Part shown: positions 20,309 through 30,279 of the stretch, piece after piece | Numbering within the stretch: the stretch's first letter is position 1 | Layout of the letters: the number at the start of each line of letters is the position of its first letter | Origin: an uncultured bacterium | GTDB lineage: Bacteria; Chloroflexota; UBA5177; JANWHV01 | Assembly (NCBI GenBank): GCA_963729625.1 | Contig: CAVSOU010000009.1 | Coordinates: 32,001 to 96,000, forward strand | DNA: 64,000 nucleotides | Direction of reading: 5' to 3' | The notes under the pieces: generated by a model | Told to the model about the DNA's origin: nothing | Databases searched by the model: none | Seen by the model: the letters and a program-made list of their open reading frames with translations, nothing else | Program-made: the position numbers and the translations under genes

Positions 20309-20644
20309 ATGGTTACTCCAATGCTAGAACGGATGAGCAGTGCGATGATGCAAGTTGCCGATCTTGTTGAACCACAGACAGTTCGCCGTTGGACCAAGGC
20401 CGAGGTGTTTACCCAGGGCGAAGAGGATGTCGAGGCTGGCCGCGTGATTCTGCTGGTGTTCGGCCCTCGCTCAGTTACGGCACTGGTCGGTGGAAAGCGG
20501 TCCGAGACGGTGGAAATGAGCACGACCGCGGACGGGCTGCAATGGTCGTGCACCTGTTCGGCCGATAAGCAACGCCTGGGCTGCCGGCATTTTGTCGCCG
20601 TGGCGCTGGAAACGTGGCGCCAGTCGTCGGCAAGCCGCAGATAG
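20309..20644 (+). CDS. Stand-alone SWIM zinc-finger protein
   Basis: WSCTC...GCRHFVAVAL = CxCx(n)CxH. Confidence 0.8.
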   Translation: MVTPMLERMSSAMMQVADLVEPQTVRRWTKAEVFTQGEEDVEAGRVILLVFGPRSVTALVGGKRSETVEMSTTADGLQWSCTCSADKQRLGCRHFVAVALETWRQSSASRR

Positions 20645-20697
20645 CGTCGGGCCCGTATCCCCCCGGTCCAGTCGATCCAGCAATGCCAGGCGCCTGC

Positions 20698-21540
20698 TCA
20701 ACGCACGGCGCCGCCAAGCAGGCCGGTCACCAATCGTTTCTGCACCACTATCGCCACCAAGATCATCGGGATGATCGAGATGAGGGAGATAGCGCAGATA
20801 TTCCACCACGACGTCCCGAGCTCCCCTTGCTGGGATGCAATCATGATGGGCAGCGTGGTAGCGTTGCTGGTCGTGATGACCACCGCGAAGAGGTATTCGT
20901 TCCAGACAAACGAGAACGTGAGGAGAAACGTGGCTATCAAGCCGGGCGTGACAAGAGGCAGCGCAACGCGCAGGAAGATATCCAGTCGGCTGGCGCCGTC
21001 GACAAACGCGGCCTCCTCCAGGGCCAGCGGGATTTGCTTGAAGTAGCTCTGCATGAACCAGACAGTGATCGGCAGCGAGAAGCCGGTATAGATGATGATC
21101 ATTCCTTGCAATGTGTCCAGCAGGCCGAGGTTATTGAAGAGGATGAAGAACGCAAGCACGGTCACCACAGGCGGCATGATGCGCTGCGAGACGATCCAGA
21201 AAGCGATATCGTCGTTCCTCATCGGGCCGGCTCGGAGTCGGAAGCGAGCCAGCCCGTAGCCTGCCAGGCAACCAAGTATCACAGCAAGCACCGTGCTAGT
21301 GATGCCGATGACCAGGCTGTGCCACAGTGGGCCCAGAACGGAGTTTGACCCGCCCAGGATCTCGTGCCAGGCTGAGGTGTTCGGCTGGAAATCGAGCCAG
21401 GGAACCCACCGAGTCCCACCGTAGATGGACGTGTTGTCTTTGAAGGCGGTGACAGCCACCCAGTACAGGGGAAACGCCACAAAGATCGACCATGCCACGA
21501 GCGGGATGTATCGCCAGTCAAAGCGACGGTGGTGCGTCAT
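20698..21540 (-). CDS. Carbohydrate ABC permease (MalG-like)
   Basis: EEAA.VDGAS (EAA motif), WNEYLFA. Confidence 0.95.
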   Translation of the reverse strand: MTHHRRFDWRYIPLVAWSIFVAFPLYWVAVTAFKDNTSIYGGTRWVPWLDFQPNTSAWHEILGGSNSVLGPLWHSLVIGITSTVLAVILGCLAGYGLARFRLRAGPMRNDDIAFWIVSQRIMPPVVTVLAFFILFNNLGLLDTLQGMIIIYTGFSLPITVWFMQSYFKQIPLALEEAAFVDGASRLDIFLRVALPLVTPGLIATFLLTFSFVWNEYLFAVVITTSNATTLPIMIASQQGELGTSWWNICAISLISIIPMILVAIVVQKRLVTGLLGGAVR

Positions 21541-22487
21541 GTCTCAATTCTCCGCAGAAGCCGGCGCGTGACAACCAGGTAGGTGATGGCGATCAACGTG
21601 ACATAGACGAGCAACGACAACGCGATAGTCGCACCTGAGGACACATTGAAGTCCTTGTAGCCCTGAAAGTATGCGTAGAGGCTGGTCGAGGTCGTGGCGG
21701 TGCCTGGCCCGCCTCCCGTCAATTGCACCAACTGTCCAAATATCGTGAATGCCTCAGTGAACCGTAGGAAAATGGCCATCACTGAAATCGGCGCCAGCAT
21801 GGGGAAGATAATGCTCCAGACCACGCGCAGCCCGGACGCACCGTCAAGCTGCGCCGCCTCGATTGCTTCATCGGGCAGCGACTGCAGTCCTGCCAGGAGC
21901 AGCAGGAACATGAATGGCGTCCACTCCCACGTATCCATGATCAACACGGCGAAAAACGCGGCGTTGCCCTCCGAGAGCCACGGAACGGTGCCGATCCGCA
22001 GCTCGCGAAGGATGCTGTCGATGGGTCCATACGTTTCGTCGTATAGCATGCGCCACAGGAACCCGATCGCCACTGGCGCCAGCATCATCGGGATGCTGAA
22101 CAGCACGCGAAAGAAGCCGCCAAAGCGGACACGCCGCCACAGCAGGAGCGCCAGGCCGAAGCCGATCAAGAACTCGGTGGCCACGGCCGCGACCACGAAC
22201 TTCGTCGTGTACTTCAGCGAATCCCAAAATGTGCTGTCACTGAGAATTTGGCGCCAGTTATCGAGGGTGCTCGCTGTGAACGTGAGCCCGTTGTCCTGGC
22301 TCACGTTTGAAAAGCTCAGGGCCAGAGAAAAGATGAGCGGAAAGATCGAAATCGCCAGCAGGACAACGACTGCCGGCAGGACAAACGCCCATCCCTCCAG
22401 TCGCAGTCGCTTCCTCCAGGCGCCGTCCGGGGTCGCCGTGCTGAGCGTGAGATCGCTGTCTGGTCGGCGTTCGGAGGAGGGGGTCAT
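21537..22487 (-). CDS. Carbohydrate ABC permease (MalF-like)
   Basis: WEWTPF, EAAQLDGAS, TGGGPG; ATG at 22487 after AAGGAG. Confidence 0.95.
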   Translation of the reverse strand: MTPSSERRPDSDLTLSTATPDGAWRKRLRLEGWAFVLPAVVVLLAISIFPLIFSLALSFSNVSQDNGLTFTASTLDNWRQILSDSTFWDSLKYTTKFVVAAVATEFLIGFGLALLLWRRVRFGGFFRVLFSIPMMLAPVAIGFLWRMLYDETYGPIDSILRELRIGTVPWLSEGNAAFFAVLIMDTWEWTPFMFLLLLAGLQSLPDEAIEAAQLDGASGLRVVWSIIFPMLAPISVMAIFLRFTEAFTIFGQLVQLTGGGPGTATTSTSLYAYFQGYKDFNVSSGATIALSLLVYVTLIAITYLVVTRRLLRRIET

Positions 22488-22782
22488 GCAGTTTGCCGCT
22501 CCTTCTTGCTGGCTCGAGGACAGTATCACGAGCAGTTTCTTCGGTCGCCTACCCGGTACAGGCACCTGTCGTCATGGTCTCATGCGCCCGCGCGGCGAGG
22601 ATCCGGGGTTGCCTAGCTCGCCTGCACTCAGGCAGGGCCGCACCTCCGCGCCTTCGCCTCGGTCCTGATGATACTCGAATCCCTGCCTGAGCCGCTACGC
22701 ATGGATGTGGTTCCAGGAACCGCTACCTCTGGAGCCGGTTATGCCGGCTCCAGAGATGCGGGATGCCCCCCGTTGCGTATGA

Positions 22783-24273
22783 TCAGCCGCCTGTAACCGG
22801 AAGAGAAAGCGAAGCTCGATACGCGGCGAGTTGCTTCGCCGTTCCCTTTTGAGCATTGAGCGCATTCCACTGGTCCGCCAGGGCATTGAGCGCATCCTGC
22901 GCCTTGCTCTGGCCCGACACGACCTTCTGGCACGCAATCTCAGTGTCGTCCTGGAAGCTTGCGGCTCCAGGCAGACGGAGATCGTGTACGGAATTGGGGT
23001 CGAGGTCGCTGGCACGCATGCCCGCCAGATACAGGTCGAGATCCGGTTCGGGATAACCAACTGCCTTCCATGCCGCGACGTCGGTGAAGTGGGACATCCT
23101 GTAGGGGTTCATTCCGGTATTCGAGCCGGTGACCATCTTCAGGCTGAACGCAGGGCTTGCAATGAACGAGAGCAACTTGTACGAGAGTGGAATATTGTGC
23201 GAAGTCTTGCAGATGGTGCCGCACCAGCCGCCAAAGGCCAGCCAGGCAGGGCGGTTGAGCTTGGACATCGTGACCCACTGCTGTGTCTGGTAGTTCCAGA
23301 CCTTGTAGCTTCCCGGAAGTAGCTCGGTTCCGATCTTACCCCTGACCTTGCTTCCCTTCTGCAACTCGCCGATGATCGGGGTGTCGTCCCAATCGATGCC
23401 CAGCACTGCCTCTCCCGCGGCGAAGCGCTGGCGCACATCGTTGCTGCCGAAGTTGATCATGCCGGGAGGTCCCAGCTTCAGGGCTTCGGCATAATTCGTC
23501 ATTGCCTGCACGTGGCCGGCGTCGTTGACAAGCGCCTTGAGATTGGAAGGATCGAAGAACAGACCTCCCTTTTGGCCCGGAATTGTACACAGCGAGACGC
23601 AATTGGACATGTAGTACCAGAATGCCTGCCCACCGTGCTGATAGGCTTCCATCACGCCGTAGACGCCGTGCTTTCCATCCCCGAAGAAGCGGGCGATGTT
23701 CATGAAGTCGTCCCAGGTGGCCGGCGGAGCAAGCGGCTTGCCGAATTCCTTCTGGAACGCCGCGCTAAAGCCTTTATCGCCGATGACGTCACGCCGGTAG
23801 TAGCAGAGCTGGTTGTCGCCGTCGAGCGGCATGGCGATCTGTTTTCCGCCCCACTGGCCATTGCCCTTGTAAATGACATCGGACCAGTTGAGCGACGTGT
23901 CCTTGGCGATCATGGACGTAAGGTCCACAACGTAAGGATTGTAGTCACCGAGCCAGCTGGACGGACCGAGGATCACATCATAAGCGGTTCCGCGCGTGAT
24001 GAAGTTCTGAATCGTCTTCGTGTACAGGTCCCCATAGGGAGCAGTGATCAGCTTGACCGTGGCGCCGGTCAGCTGCTGGAAGGGGGCCATGGCATCTTGG
24101 ACCGCGCTGGCGATCGGAGGTCCGACTTGCGTGATCACCGTGATGGTCTCGCCCGCGTGTTCGCGCGAAGCGCGGACCGGCAGGTTCGGATCGACGAGCG
24201 TCAGACCCGTGCCCGCGGCGACGGCGCCCATGCCAGTCGCAGCAGCACTCTTCAGGAAGTCACGTCGTTTCAC
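22783..24273 (-). CDS. Carbohydrate ABC substrate-binding protein, Tat signal
   Basis: KRRDFLK Tat motif; YYRRD, PPATWDD, GGW motifs. Confidence 0.9.
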   Translation of the reverse strand: MKRRDFLKSAAATGMGAVAAGTGLTLVDPNLPVRASREHAGETITVITQVGPPIASAVQDAMAPFQQLTGATVKLITAPYGDLYTKTIQNFITRGTAYDVILGPSSWLGDYNPYVVDLTSMIAKDTSLNWSDVIYKGNGQWGGKQIAMPLDGDNQLCYYRRDVIGDKGFSAAFQKEFGKPLAPPATWDDFMNIARFFGDGKHGVYGVMEAYQHGGQAFWYYMSNCVSLCTIPGQKGGLFFDPSNLKALVNDAGHVQAMTNYAEALKLGPPGMINFGSNDVRQRFAAGEAVLGIDWDDTPIIGELQKGSKVRGKIGTELLPGSYKVWNYQTQQWVTMSKLNRPAWLAFGGWCGTICKTSHNIPLSYKLLSFIASPAFSLKMVTGSNTGMNPYRMSHFTDVAAWKAVGYPEPDLDLYLAGMRASDLDPNSVHDLRLPGAASFQDDTEIACQKVVSGQSKAQDALNALADQWNALNAQKGTAKQLAAYRASLSLPVTGG

Positions 24274-24912
24274 AGTGTCCTGTCCTCCTCATGGCTAAGG
24301 CCTACATCAGCGTAACGTTGTGCCAGTGGATGAACACATATCGAGTAGGGCGATGCCAAGACTGCTGTCGGGTATTCCCTCCTGATCTCCTTTCCCAGCT
24401 GAGGCCGACTCCATAAGGCTGCCGATGAGTATGTCATTACAAGAACCAACTCAGCCGCACCCCCAAAATACAGTGACCAGAGCACGCTGTCAACGCCAAG
24501 CCCCTGGTCCGCCCACGGAGGGGCTTCATGCGGGTTGGATCATGGCCGCGAGGGACCCAGCCAGCTACCACACCAGCAACCAGCAAGATCCAATGCAGCC
24601 TTGCACGCTCGGGAGTTGACGGGCCGCCGGCTGCGCTCGTATAGTTGCTGTGTCGAACCCATATGCTTGTAACGACAGGATGGCTGGACCGTGCCTGCAT
24701 CTGTGCATAGACGCCGCGACGTGCGCATGCCCTTTGCTACGACGAGCCGTGCCTGCTGGAGCACCGCAGTCGCGCGGTTGCGCGGCTCTTACGGCTGCAC
24801 AGAATCAAGAGCTTCAACACTTCTTGCAGGCGCGCCCGAGCATTCGCGTAACGGCCGCTCGCGGCGAGGCGCCAGTTGTCCTGAGTAGCACGTGGCGTTC
24901 GAGGAGGAGACG

Positions 24913-25395
24913 ATGAAGCGTGGACGCATTCTGAACGCGGAGCTGAGCAAGGCTATCGCTGTGATGGGGCACGGCGACCTGTTCATGATCTGTGACGCCG
25001 GCTGTCCCATTCCGCTAGACCGCTGGCGCATCGACCTGGCTATCGCCCGCGATCTGCCCGACCTGTACACCGTGCTCGATCTGGTTATTGCAGAGCTCAG
25101 CGTCGAGCGAGTGCTCTACGCCGACCTCATCGAGGTGCACAATCGTCCACTGCTTGAGCGGCTCCGCACCTCGTTTGAGAGGACCGGAGCAATTCTGGAG
25201 GCTGTGCCGAATGAGCGGGTAATGGGTGAGCTCATGCACAGCGCCAAGGTGGTGGTGCGGTCCGGAGCGTTCAACCCTTGGGGCAACATAGGCTTGATTT
25301 GCGGTACGGACCCGGACGACTGGTTCGCTATTCCCGGGACAGTGATGCCGGACTCTTACCGGGAGCGGCGGACGCGCATGGGCAGGGGAGGTTGA
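24913..25395 (+). CDS. rbsD: D-ribose pyranase (RbsD/FucU family)
   Basis: ILNAELS..IA.MGHGD...I.DAG.PIP, IDLA, VVRSG..PWGNI; RBS GAGGAG. Confidence 0.9.
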   Translation: MKRGRILNAELSKAIAVMGHGDLFMICDAGCPIPLDRWRIDLAIARDLPDLYTVLDLVIAELSVERVLYADLIEVHNRPLLERLRTSFERTGAILEAVPNERVMGELMHSAKVVVRSGAFNPWGNIGLICGTDPDDWFAIPGTVMPDSYRERRTRMGRGG

Positions 25396-25396
25396 C

Positions 25397-26320
25397 GTGA
25401 CCGCTCCGTCGCCCAGAATCTTCTTCGTCGGCAGCTACATGCATGCGTTCGTACTTGTCGCCCCACGCTTCCCACTCGCCGGCGAGACCGTGTTCGGCAC
25501 GGAAGCGGATGTCGGCCCTGGCGGCAAGGGATCGAATCAGGCTATCGCCGCAGCGCGGTTGGGCGCTCGCGTCGCCATTTGGGCCTGCGTCGGCGACGAC
25601 AGCATGGGCACTTACGCCGACGACCTCTGGCGCGATGAGGGAATCGACACAGCCCTTGTTACGCGCAAGACCGGTGTAACCACCGGTATGGCCTTCATTA
25701 TGATCGACGCGACCGGGCAGAATCAGATCATCGTAGTGCCGGGCGCGAACGATCGCCTACCCGACTATGCAAGCGCGATCGACGCCGCTATCGCGGTGAC
25801 GCAGGTAGCGGTCGCTCAGTTCGAATCGCCCGTGGCGGCGGTCGAGGCCGCCTTCTCTCGTGCTCGCCGTCATGGCGTGCGCACTATCTTGAATCCCGCT
25901 CCGGCCCGCGTGGTGCCGGACAGCCTGCTCGCCTTGGCTGACGTGATCACGCCGAACGAAAGTGAGGCGGCGGCCCTGAGCGGCGAAGCCTCAAGCGACC
26001 CCGCAGTACTGGCGCGCGCCATTTGCGCCCGTGGCGCGCGCGCCGTTGTGCTTACTCTAGGTGAATCAGGAGCGTACGTGTTGGACGAGACGGGCGGGAG
26101 GCGCATACCGCCGGTACGGGTGCAAGTTCGCGACACGACGGGCGCCGGAGATGCCTTCACCGGCGCGCTGGCGGTTGCTCTCGCTCGTGGTGCGACGCTC
26201 GACGACGCGGTGGCCTACGGCAATCTCGGCGGCGCCTTCTGTGCTACACGCCTGGGAGTGGTACCCGGCTTGGGTCGAGAGGCCGATCTGCTCGCGCTTA
26301 AGGCGGCAAGGACTTCGTAG
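25397..26320 (+). CDS. rbsK: Ribokinase (PfkB family)
   Basis: GGKGSNQA, VGDD, PNESE, DTTGAGDAF motifs. Confidence 0.9.
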   Translation: MTAPSPRIFFVGSYMHAFVLVAPRFPLAGETVFGTEADVGPGGKGSNQAIAAARLGARVAIWACVGDDSMGTYADDLWRDEGIDTALVTRKTGVTTGMAFIMIDATGQNQIIVVPGANDRLPDYASAIDAAIAVTQVAVAQFESPVAAVEAAFSRARRHGVRTILNPAPARVVPDSLLALADVITPNESEAAALSGEASSDPAVLARAICARGARAVVLTLGESGAYVLDETGGRRIPPVRVQVRDTTGAGDAFTGALAVALARGATLDDAVAYGNLGGAFCATRLGVVPGLGREADLLALKAARTS

Positions 26321-26561
26321 TTGCTCGCGCCGGATGTGAGAGTGCACCAAAAGTGCCTGGTAGCAGTATGAACTGACACGCGCTCCCACGATCGTTGAAG
26401 CCAGCTGTCGGAGCGCGTCATCTGGCACCGGCGGCGAGCAGCGAATTGGAGTCGAAGCATGGCTATCGAGACAATTCGGGCGAGTCGGGGATGCCTTGAA
26501 GGGCGTGGAATGCCCTCGCACGGTGAGGAGCCGCTACCGGCTTCTGATGCACCCCTTCAGG

Positions 26562-28052
26562 CTATCGGGCGCCATACGCTACGGCAGAGCCCTGGCCGAC
26601 GACGTCAATCCATGTTTGTCCGGGATCGAACAGTTCTGGCGTGCCGCGAGCATCCATGAGCTGGAGCTGCGCATTCGTGGAGACCTTTCGCCACGTCCCC
26701 TTCTCCACGCGACCGTTCTCGAAGTACAGCGCGGAGCCGCTTCCGGTTGCATGCACATTGACCCCCTCGGGTGTAAATGCGTCGTGATCCGGCGTGACGG
26801 GCGTGAAGAGAACGACAATGTTGGCGGGAGCGATCATTCGCCGCGAGATCGCGTCGACTTGAGCCACGCCTTCTACGTAGCGGCTGTACCGATTCGTAGC
26901 ACGGTCGTACACCCAATGCACGTTGTACGCATAGGAGGAGAGGGCAACATCTATCAAGGCGGAGTCAGGTCGGTGAAGCAACTGGCTGGGCACACGATGA
27001 GGCAGCGTGGCCGGAAGGCTGCCAGAAATGGGCGCTCCGGCCTGAGCAGCGTACGCCCTCAATTCCGCGGTATTGGTGTACAGATTGTGAGGGGCCGCCC
27101 GGTATAGAGCGCGCACGAACGGTGGACCCAGCGGCCCCGGCGCCGCCAACAGGTCGAGATCGTCGATGTTCACCACATTTGGCATATTCAGGAGCTGGTA
27201 CAGCGCATCACTGTTGCCACCGGCGTGGGCGTACACGGCATGCAGACCGGAAGCCCAGGCATTGAAGTAGATCCGCGCGCTCCGCACTGGTCCGACTATG
27301 GGTGCGTCTCGTTCCAGAAAGACTGCCAACAAGCGGGTGACGCCGCCTTCCACGAGAGTCTCATATACTAGGCTTGCGCGGTTGAGCCCGGCCAGCGGGC
27401 GCGCATCAGGCGCGAAATTGTCGATCACTACCGCGACCGGGCGGCGGTTCGCCCAATCCGGTCGAGTCGGTAGTCCGCTCAGCGGGCCTGCAGGGCCGGG
27501 CCCCGTACCCTCGAGCGTGTCTTCCGCCAGGTAGGCTGGGTCGACGGTTGGGCTGGCGCTGGGGAGGGCGGACGGGGTCTGGACTGGTGCCCGGCCGGCT
27601 GTGGCCGTGGCAGTCTGCGTCGACGAGCTGGTTGGCGCCGGCGAAGCAGTCTTGCTTGGCGTCATCGTGGGGGTGACCGAGGGTGCTGGTGTCTCCGTGC
27701 TCGTGGGAGCATCGGTCGATCTGGAGGTCGCCCTTGTCGTGGCCGGCATCGGAGTTGTGCTCGAACGCGCGGCTACCAGATTTCTGTGCCTTGCGCTGCT
27801 TGCGTGGGACCACACCATACCAATTGCCATCACGCTCAGCAATACGGCAGCCGACGTAACGGCGCCCTGAACACGACGCGCGCGCAGATGTTCACGCGCT
27901 CGTTCTGCGAGCTGGGCGACCCGCCGGCCGCACGCTATTGCCCATCCACCAACGTTCAAGTACATGCGGTGGCGGTTCTCCACGTCTATTGCTGAGATAG
28001 GTCTATCTGGAAGGTAGCGACCCGATTGGGCAGCCGCCAAGGAGGGCTGCAA
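26562..28052 (-). CDS. DUF3048 (YerB-like) membrane-anchored protein; start uncertain
   Basis: TM helix, Thr/Pro linker, then PLSGL, RPVAVVIDN...ARP..GL..A, VEGGVTR, GPVRSAR, APHNLY. Confidence 0.85.
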   Translation of the reverse strand: MQPSLAAAQSGRYLPDRPISAIDVENRHRMYLNVGGWAIACGRRVAQLAERAREHLRARRVQGAVTSAAVLLSVMAIGMVWSHASSARHRNLVAARSSTTPMPATTRATSRSTDAPTSTETPAPSVTPTMTPSKTASPAPTSSSTQTATATAGRAPVQTPSALPSASPTVDPAYLAEDTLEGTGPGPAGPLSGLPTRPDWANRRPVAVVIDNFAPDARPLAGLNRASLVYETLVEGGVTRLLAVFLERDAPIVGPVRSARIYFNAWASGLHAVYAHAGGNSDALYQLLNMPNVVNIDDLDLLAAPGPLGPPFVRALYRAAPHNLYTNTAELRAYAAQAGAPISGSLPATLPHRVPSQLLHRPDSALIDVALSSYAYNVHWVYDRATNRYSRYVEGVAQVDAISRRMIAPANIVVLFTPVTPDHDAFTPEGVNVHATGSGSALYFENGRVEKGTWRKVSTNAQLQLMDARGTPELFDPGQTWIDVVGQGSAVAYGAR

Positions 28053-28219
28053 CGATGGGAGCTACAGAACATGCTGCGTGCTTTCTCCTGCGGCCTCGGC
28101 TGGAGGGCCTTCAAGGACCGCTTTGTGGGCGCCGCCCCCGCACCCACCGAAGGGCGAGTCGCGGTGTCATGCCGCCAGACCTGTTTGAGACCTCATGGCA
28201 ATCGCCGTGTGTGGATACG

Positions 28220-28883
28220 CTAGCACTCGTCGCGTTGCCGTGCGAATGCGAGCAGCCATTCGCACCACGCGTCCATTCCTTCACCAGTCCTGCAGCTCAA
28301 TTCGAAGATCTTGAGCTTGGGATTGACCCGCAGCGCGAACTGCCGGACGCGCTGCAAGATCATAGGTGACATACGGCAGCAGATCGATCTTGTTGATCAC
28401 CATCACCTGGGAGGCAGCGAACATTTGCGGGTACTTGGCCGGCTTGTCGTCGCCTTCCGTGGTGCTCGCGACAACTACCTTGATATCCTCGCCGAGCTTC
28501 CACTCGGCCGGGCAGACGAGGTTCCCAATGTTCTCTATGACCAGCAGTCCGATACGATCGAGGTCCATCTGAGTCAAGGCGTCCCGAACCATATGTGCCT
28601 CGAGGTGGCAATTGCCGCGCGTCACTATCTGCACGCTCTCCGCGCCCGCGGCGGCCACCCGCTCGGCATCCGCCGTCGTCTCGACGTCACCTTCGATCAC
28701 GCCCAGGATCAGCCGACCCCGCAGACGCCGGATCGTTTCCTCGAGCAGGCTCGTCTTACCCGCGCCGGCGGAGCTCATCATATTGACGCAGCGCATCGAC
28801 CGGCGGGCGAGGCCCGCGTGTATTTCTGCCGCAACATCGTCGTTAACGGCAAGTACCTGCTGAGCGACCGTTACCCTTACCAT
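28220..28883 (-). CDS. hypB: Hydrogenase/urease nickel-insertion GTPase HypB; +1 frameshift near the C-terminus
   Basis: GAGKTSLLE, CHLEA, ENIGNLVCPA, EGDDKP.KYP, NKIDL motifs; removing one base at 28356-28357 restores ...RVNPKLKIFELSCRTGEGMDAWCEWL. Confidence 0.9.
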
Positions 28884-28904
28884 TGGTTGTATCCTGGCAT
28901 ACCT

Positions 28905-29255
28905 TCACTCGTCATCGATTTCCATCTCCTGAACCTGGAATTCAGTGCCCGAGACGATATCGACGGCCAACGTTCCGCAATTGGGGCAATTCGCATCGAA
29001 GTCGTGGATCACGAAATCGGACTGACAGAGCTTGCATCGGCCGCGGTGGGGCACGATTTCGATGTCGAGCACGGCGTCTCGAAGCTTCGGGATCGACTCG
29101 ACCATCACCTCGAAGCCAAATCGCAAGGAGCTTGGGTCGACGGCCACCGCTTCGCCAATCAGCACCTTGATCGAGTTCACCCTTCGCGCGCCGTATATCT
29201 CGATCTGCTTCTGGGCGATGTCTACGATTCCCTCCGCGAGCGCCAGTTCATGCAC
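28905..29255 (-). CDS. hypA: Hydrogenase nickel metallochaperone HypA
   Basis: GTG-HELALA start, CxxC...CPxCG, SG.EF motifs. Confidence 0.95.
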   Translation of the reverse strand: MHELALAEGIVDIAQKQIEIYGARRVNSIKVLIGEAVAVDPSSLRFGFEVMVESIPKLRDAVLDIEIVPHRGRCKLCQSDFVIHDFDANCPNCGTLAVDIVSGTEFQVQEMEIDDE

Positions 29256-29357
29256 GTGACCTACCCCTGCAGTCAGTCTAGCGCTCAGGATGCGCACCTC
29301 AACGCATGTCCACGCGTCAAGATGAAACATACATGATAGCGGAGACAGATGGCCTAA

Positions 29358-29492
29358 ACTGGTGCCACGACGGAACCTCAGGGTGGTTACGTCCTGGCGA
29401 TGGAGCGGATGGCCGGGGCGTCCACGGCGGACGAGGACGTCCGCCCCCCAGAATCGTGCGGTTCGATGGAGATCCCGTCGTGGCGTCACAGT
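29358..29492. ncRNA. Candidate structured non-coding RNA, copy A (family unidentified)
   Basis: Intergenic; homologous to 33743-33895; the ends pair with each other and stems covary between the copies. Confidence 0.6.
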
Positions 29493-29514
29493 AGTTGTCC
29501 GTTCCGTGCCTGCT

Positions 29515-30279
29515 TCACGCTCTCGTTCGGCCGGGCGCGGCAGCCACGATGCGCAGCCAGTTTTCGCACAGCATGGCAGTTTGTGCGGCGAACTCCAACT
29601 CCGTCTCACGAGCTCTCTCCAGCAGCGCTTCTCGCGTAGTCGGAGAGGCGGCTGTGGCGAGCACAGCCGGGGTTGCCGTACACCAGCTCGAGACACTCTC
29701 CTCGGTCACTTCGGGATGGAACTGTACGCCGTAACAGCTGCCGAGCTTGAATACCTGAGCTGTGTCGCGATCCGACATGGCCAGGAGGGCGGCGCCGGGC
29801 GGCAGGTCGAAGGCATCCTCATGCCACTGAAAGGTAAGCAGAACGTCCGCAAATCCAGCAAACAGCGGGTCACGCCGGCCGGCAGCAGTCAACTGGACCG
29901 GGAAGTAACCAACTTCCATCCGCGACTTGCGCCAGATCCGCGCGCCGAGGGACCGAGCCAACAGCTGCGCGCCGAGGCAGATGCCCAGCACTGGAATCCT
30001 GCGACGTGCAGCAACACGAAGCAGGGAGACCGTCTCGCCAAGGCTGGGATAGTGCGCGTCGTCCTCGGCGTTCATGGTGCCGCCGAGCGGGATTACCCCG
30101 TCATACTGGGTGACGTTGGGCAGCCTATCGCCGCCGTGCACGCGCACTACATGGACGTCCGCCCCGAGCGATTCCAAACATGAGGCAAGCCTGGCTGGTC
30201 CAATATCAGGCTCAAACTCGATGCAGAGCAGGCGGGCGGGCTCCCGCACCACGGCGCTGTCGGGTTGCGATCGAATCAT
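29515..30279 (-). CDS. Class I glutamine amidotransferase-like protein
   Basis: GICLGAQ nucleophile, WHED, QFHPE; ATG overlaps the CHAP gene stop (ATGA at 30276-30279). Confidence 0.9.
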   Translation of the reverse strand: MIRSQPDSAVVREPARLLCIEFEPDIGPARLASCLESLGADVHVVRVHGGDRLPNVTQYDGVIPLGGTMNAEDDAHYPSLGETVSLLRVAARRRIPVLGICLGAQLLARSLGARIWRKSRMEVGYFPVQLTAAGRRDPLFAGFADVLLTFQWHEDAFDLPPGAALLAMSDRDTAQVFKLGSCYGVQFHPEVTEESVSSWCTATPAVLATAASPTTREALLERARETELEFAAQTAMLCENWLRIVAAAPGRTRA

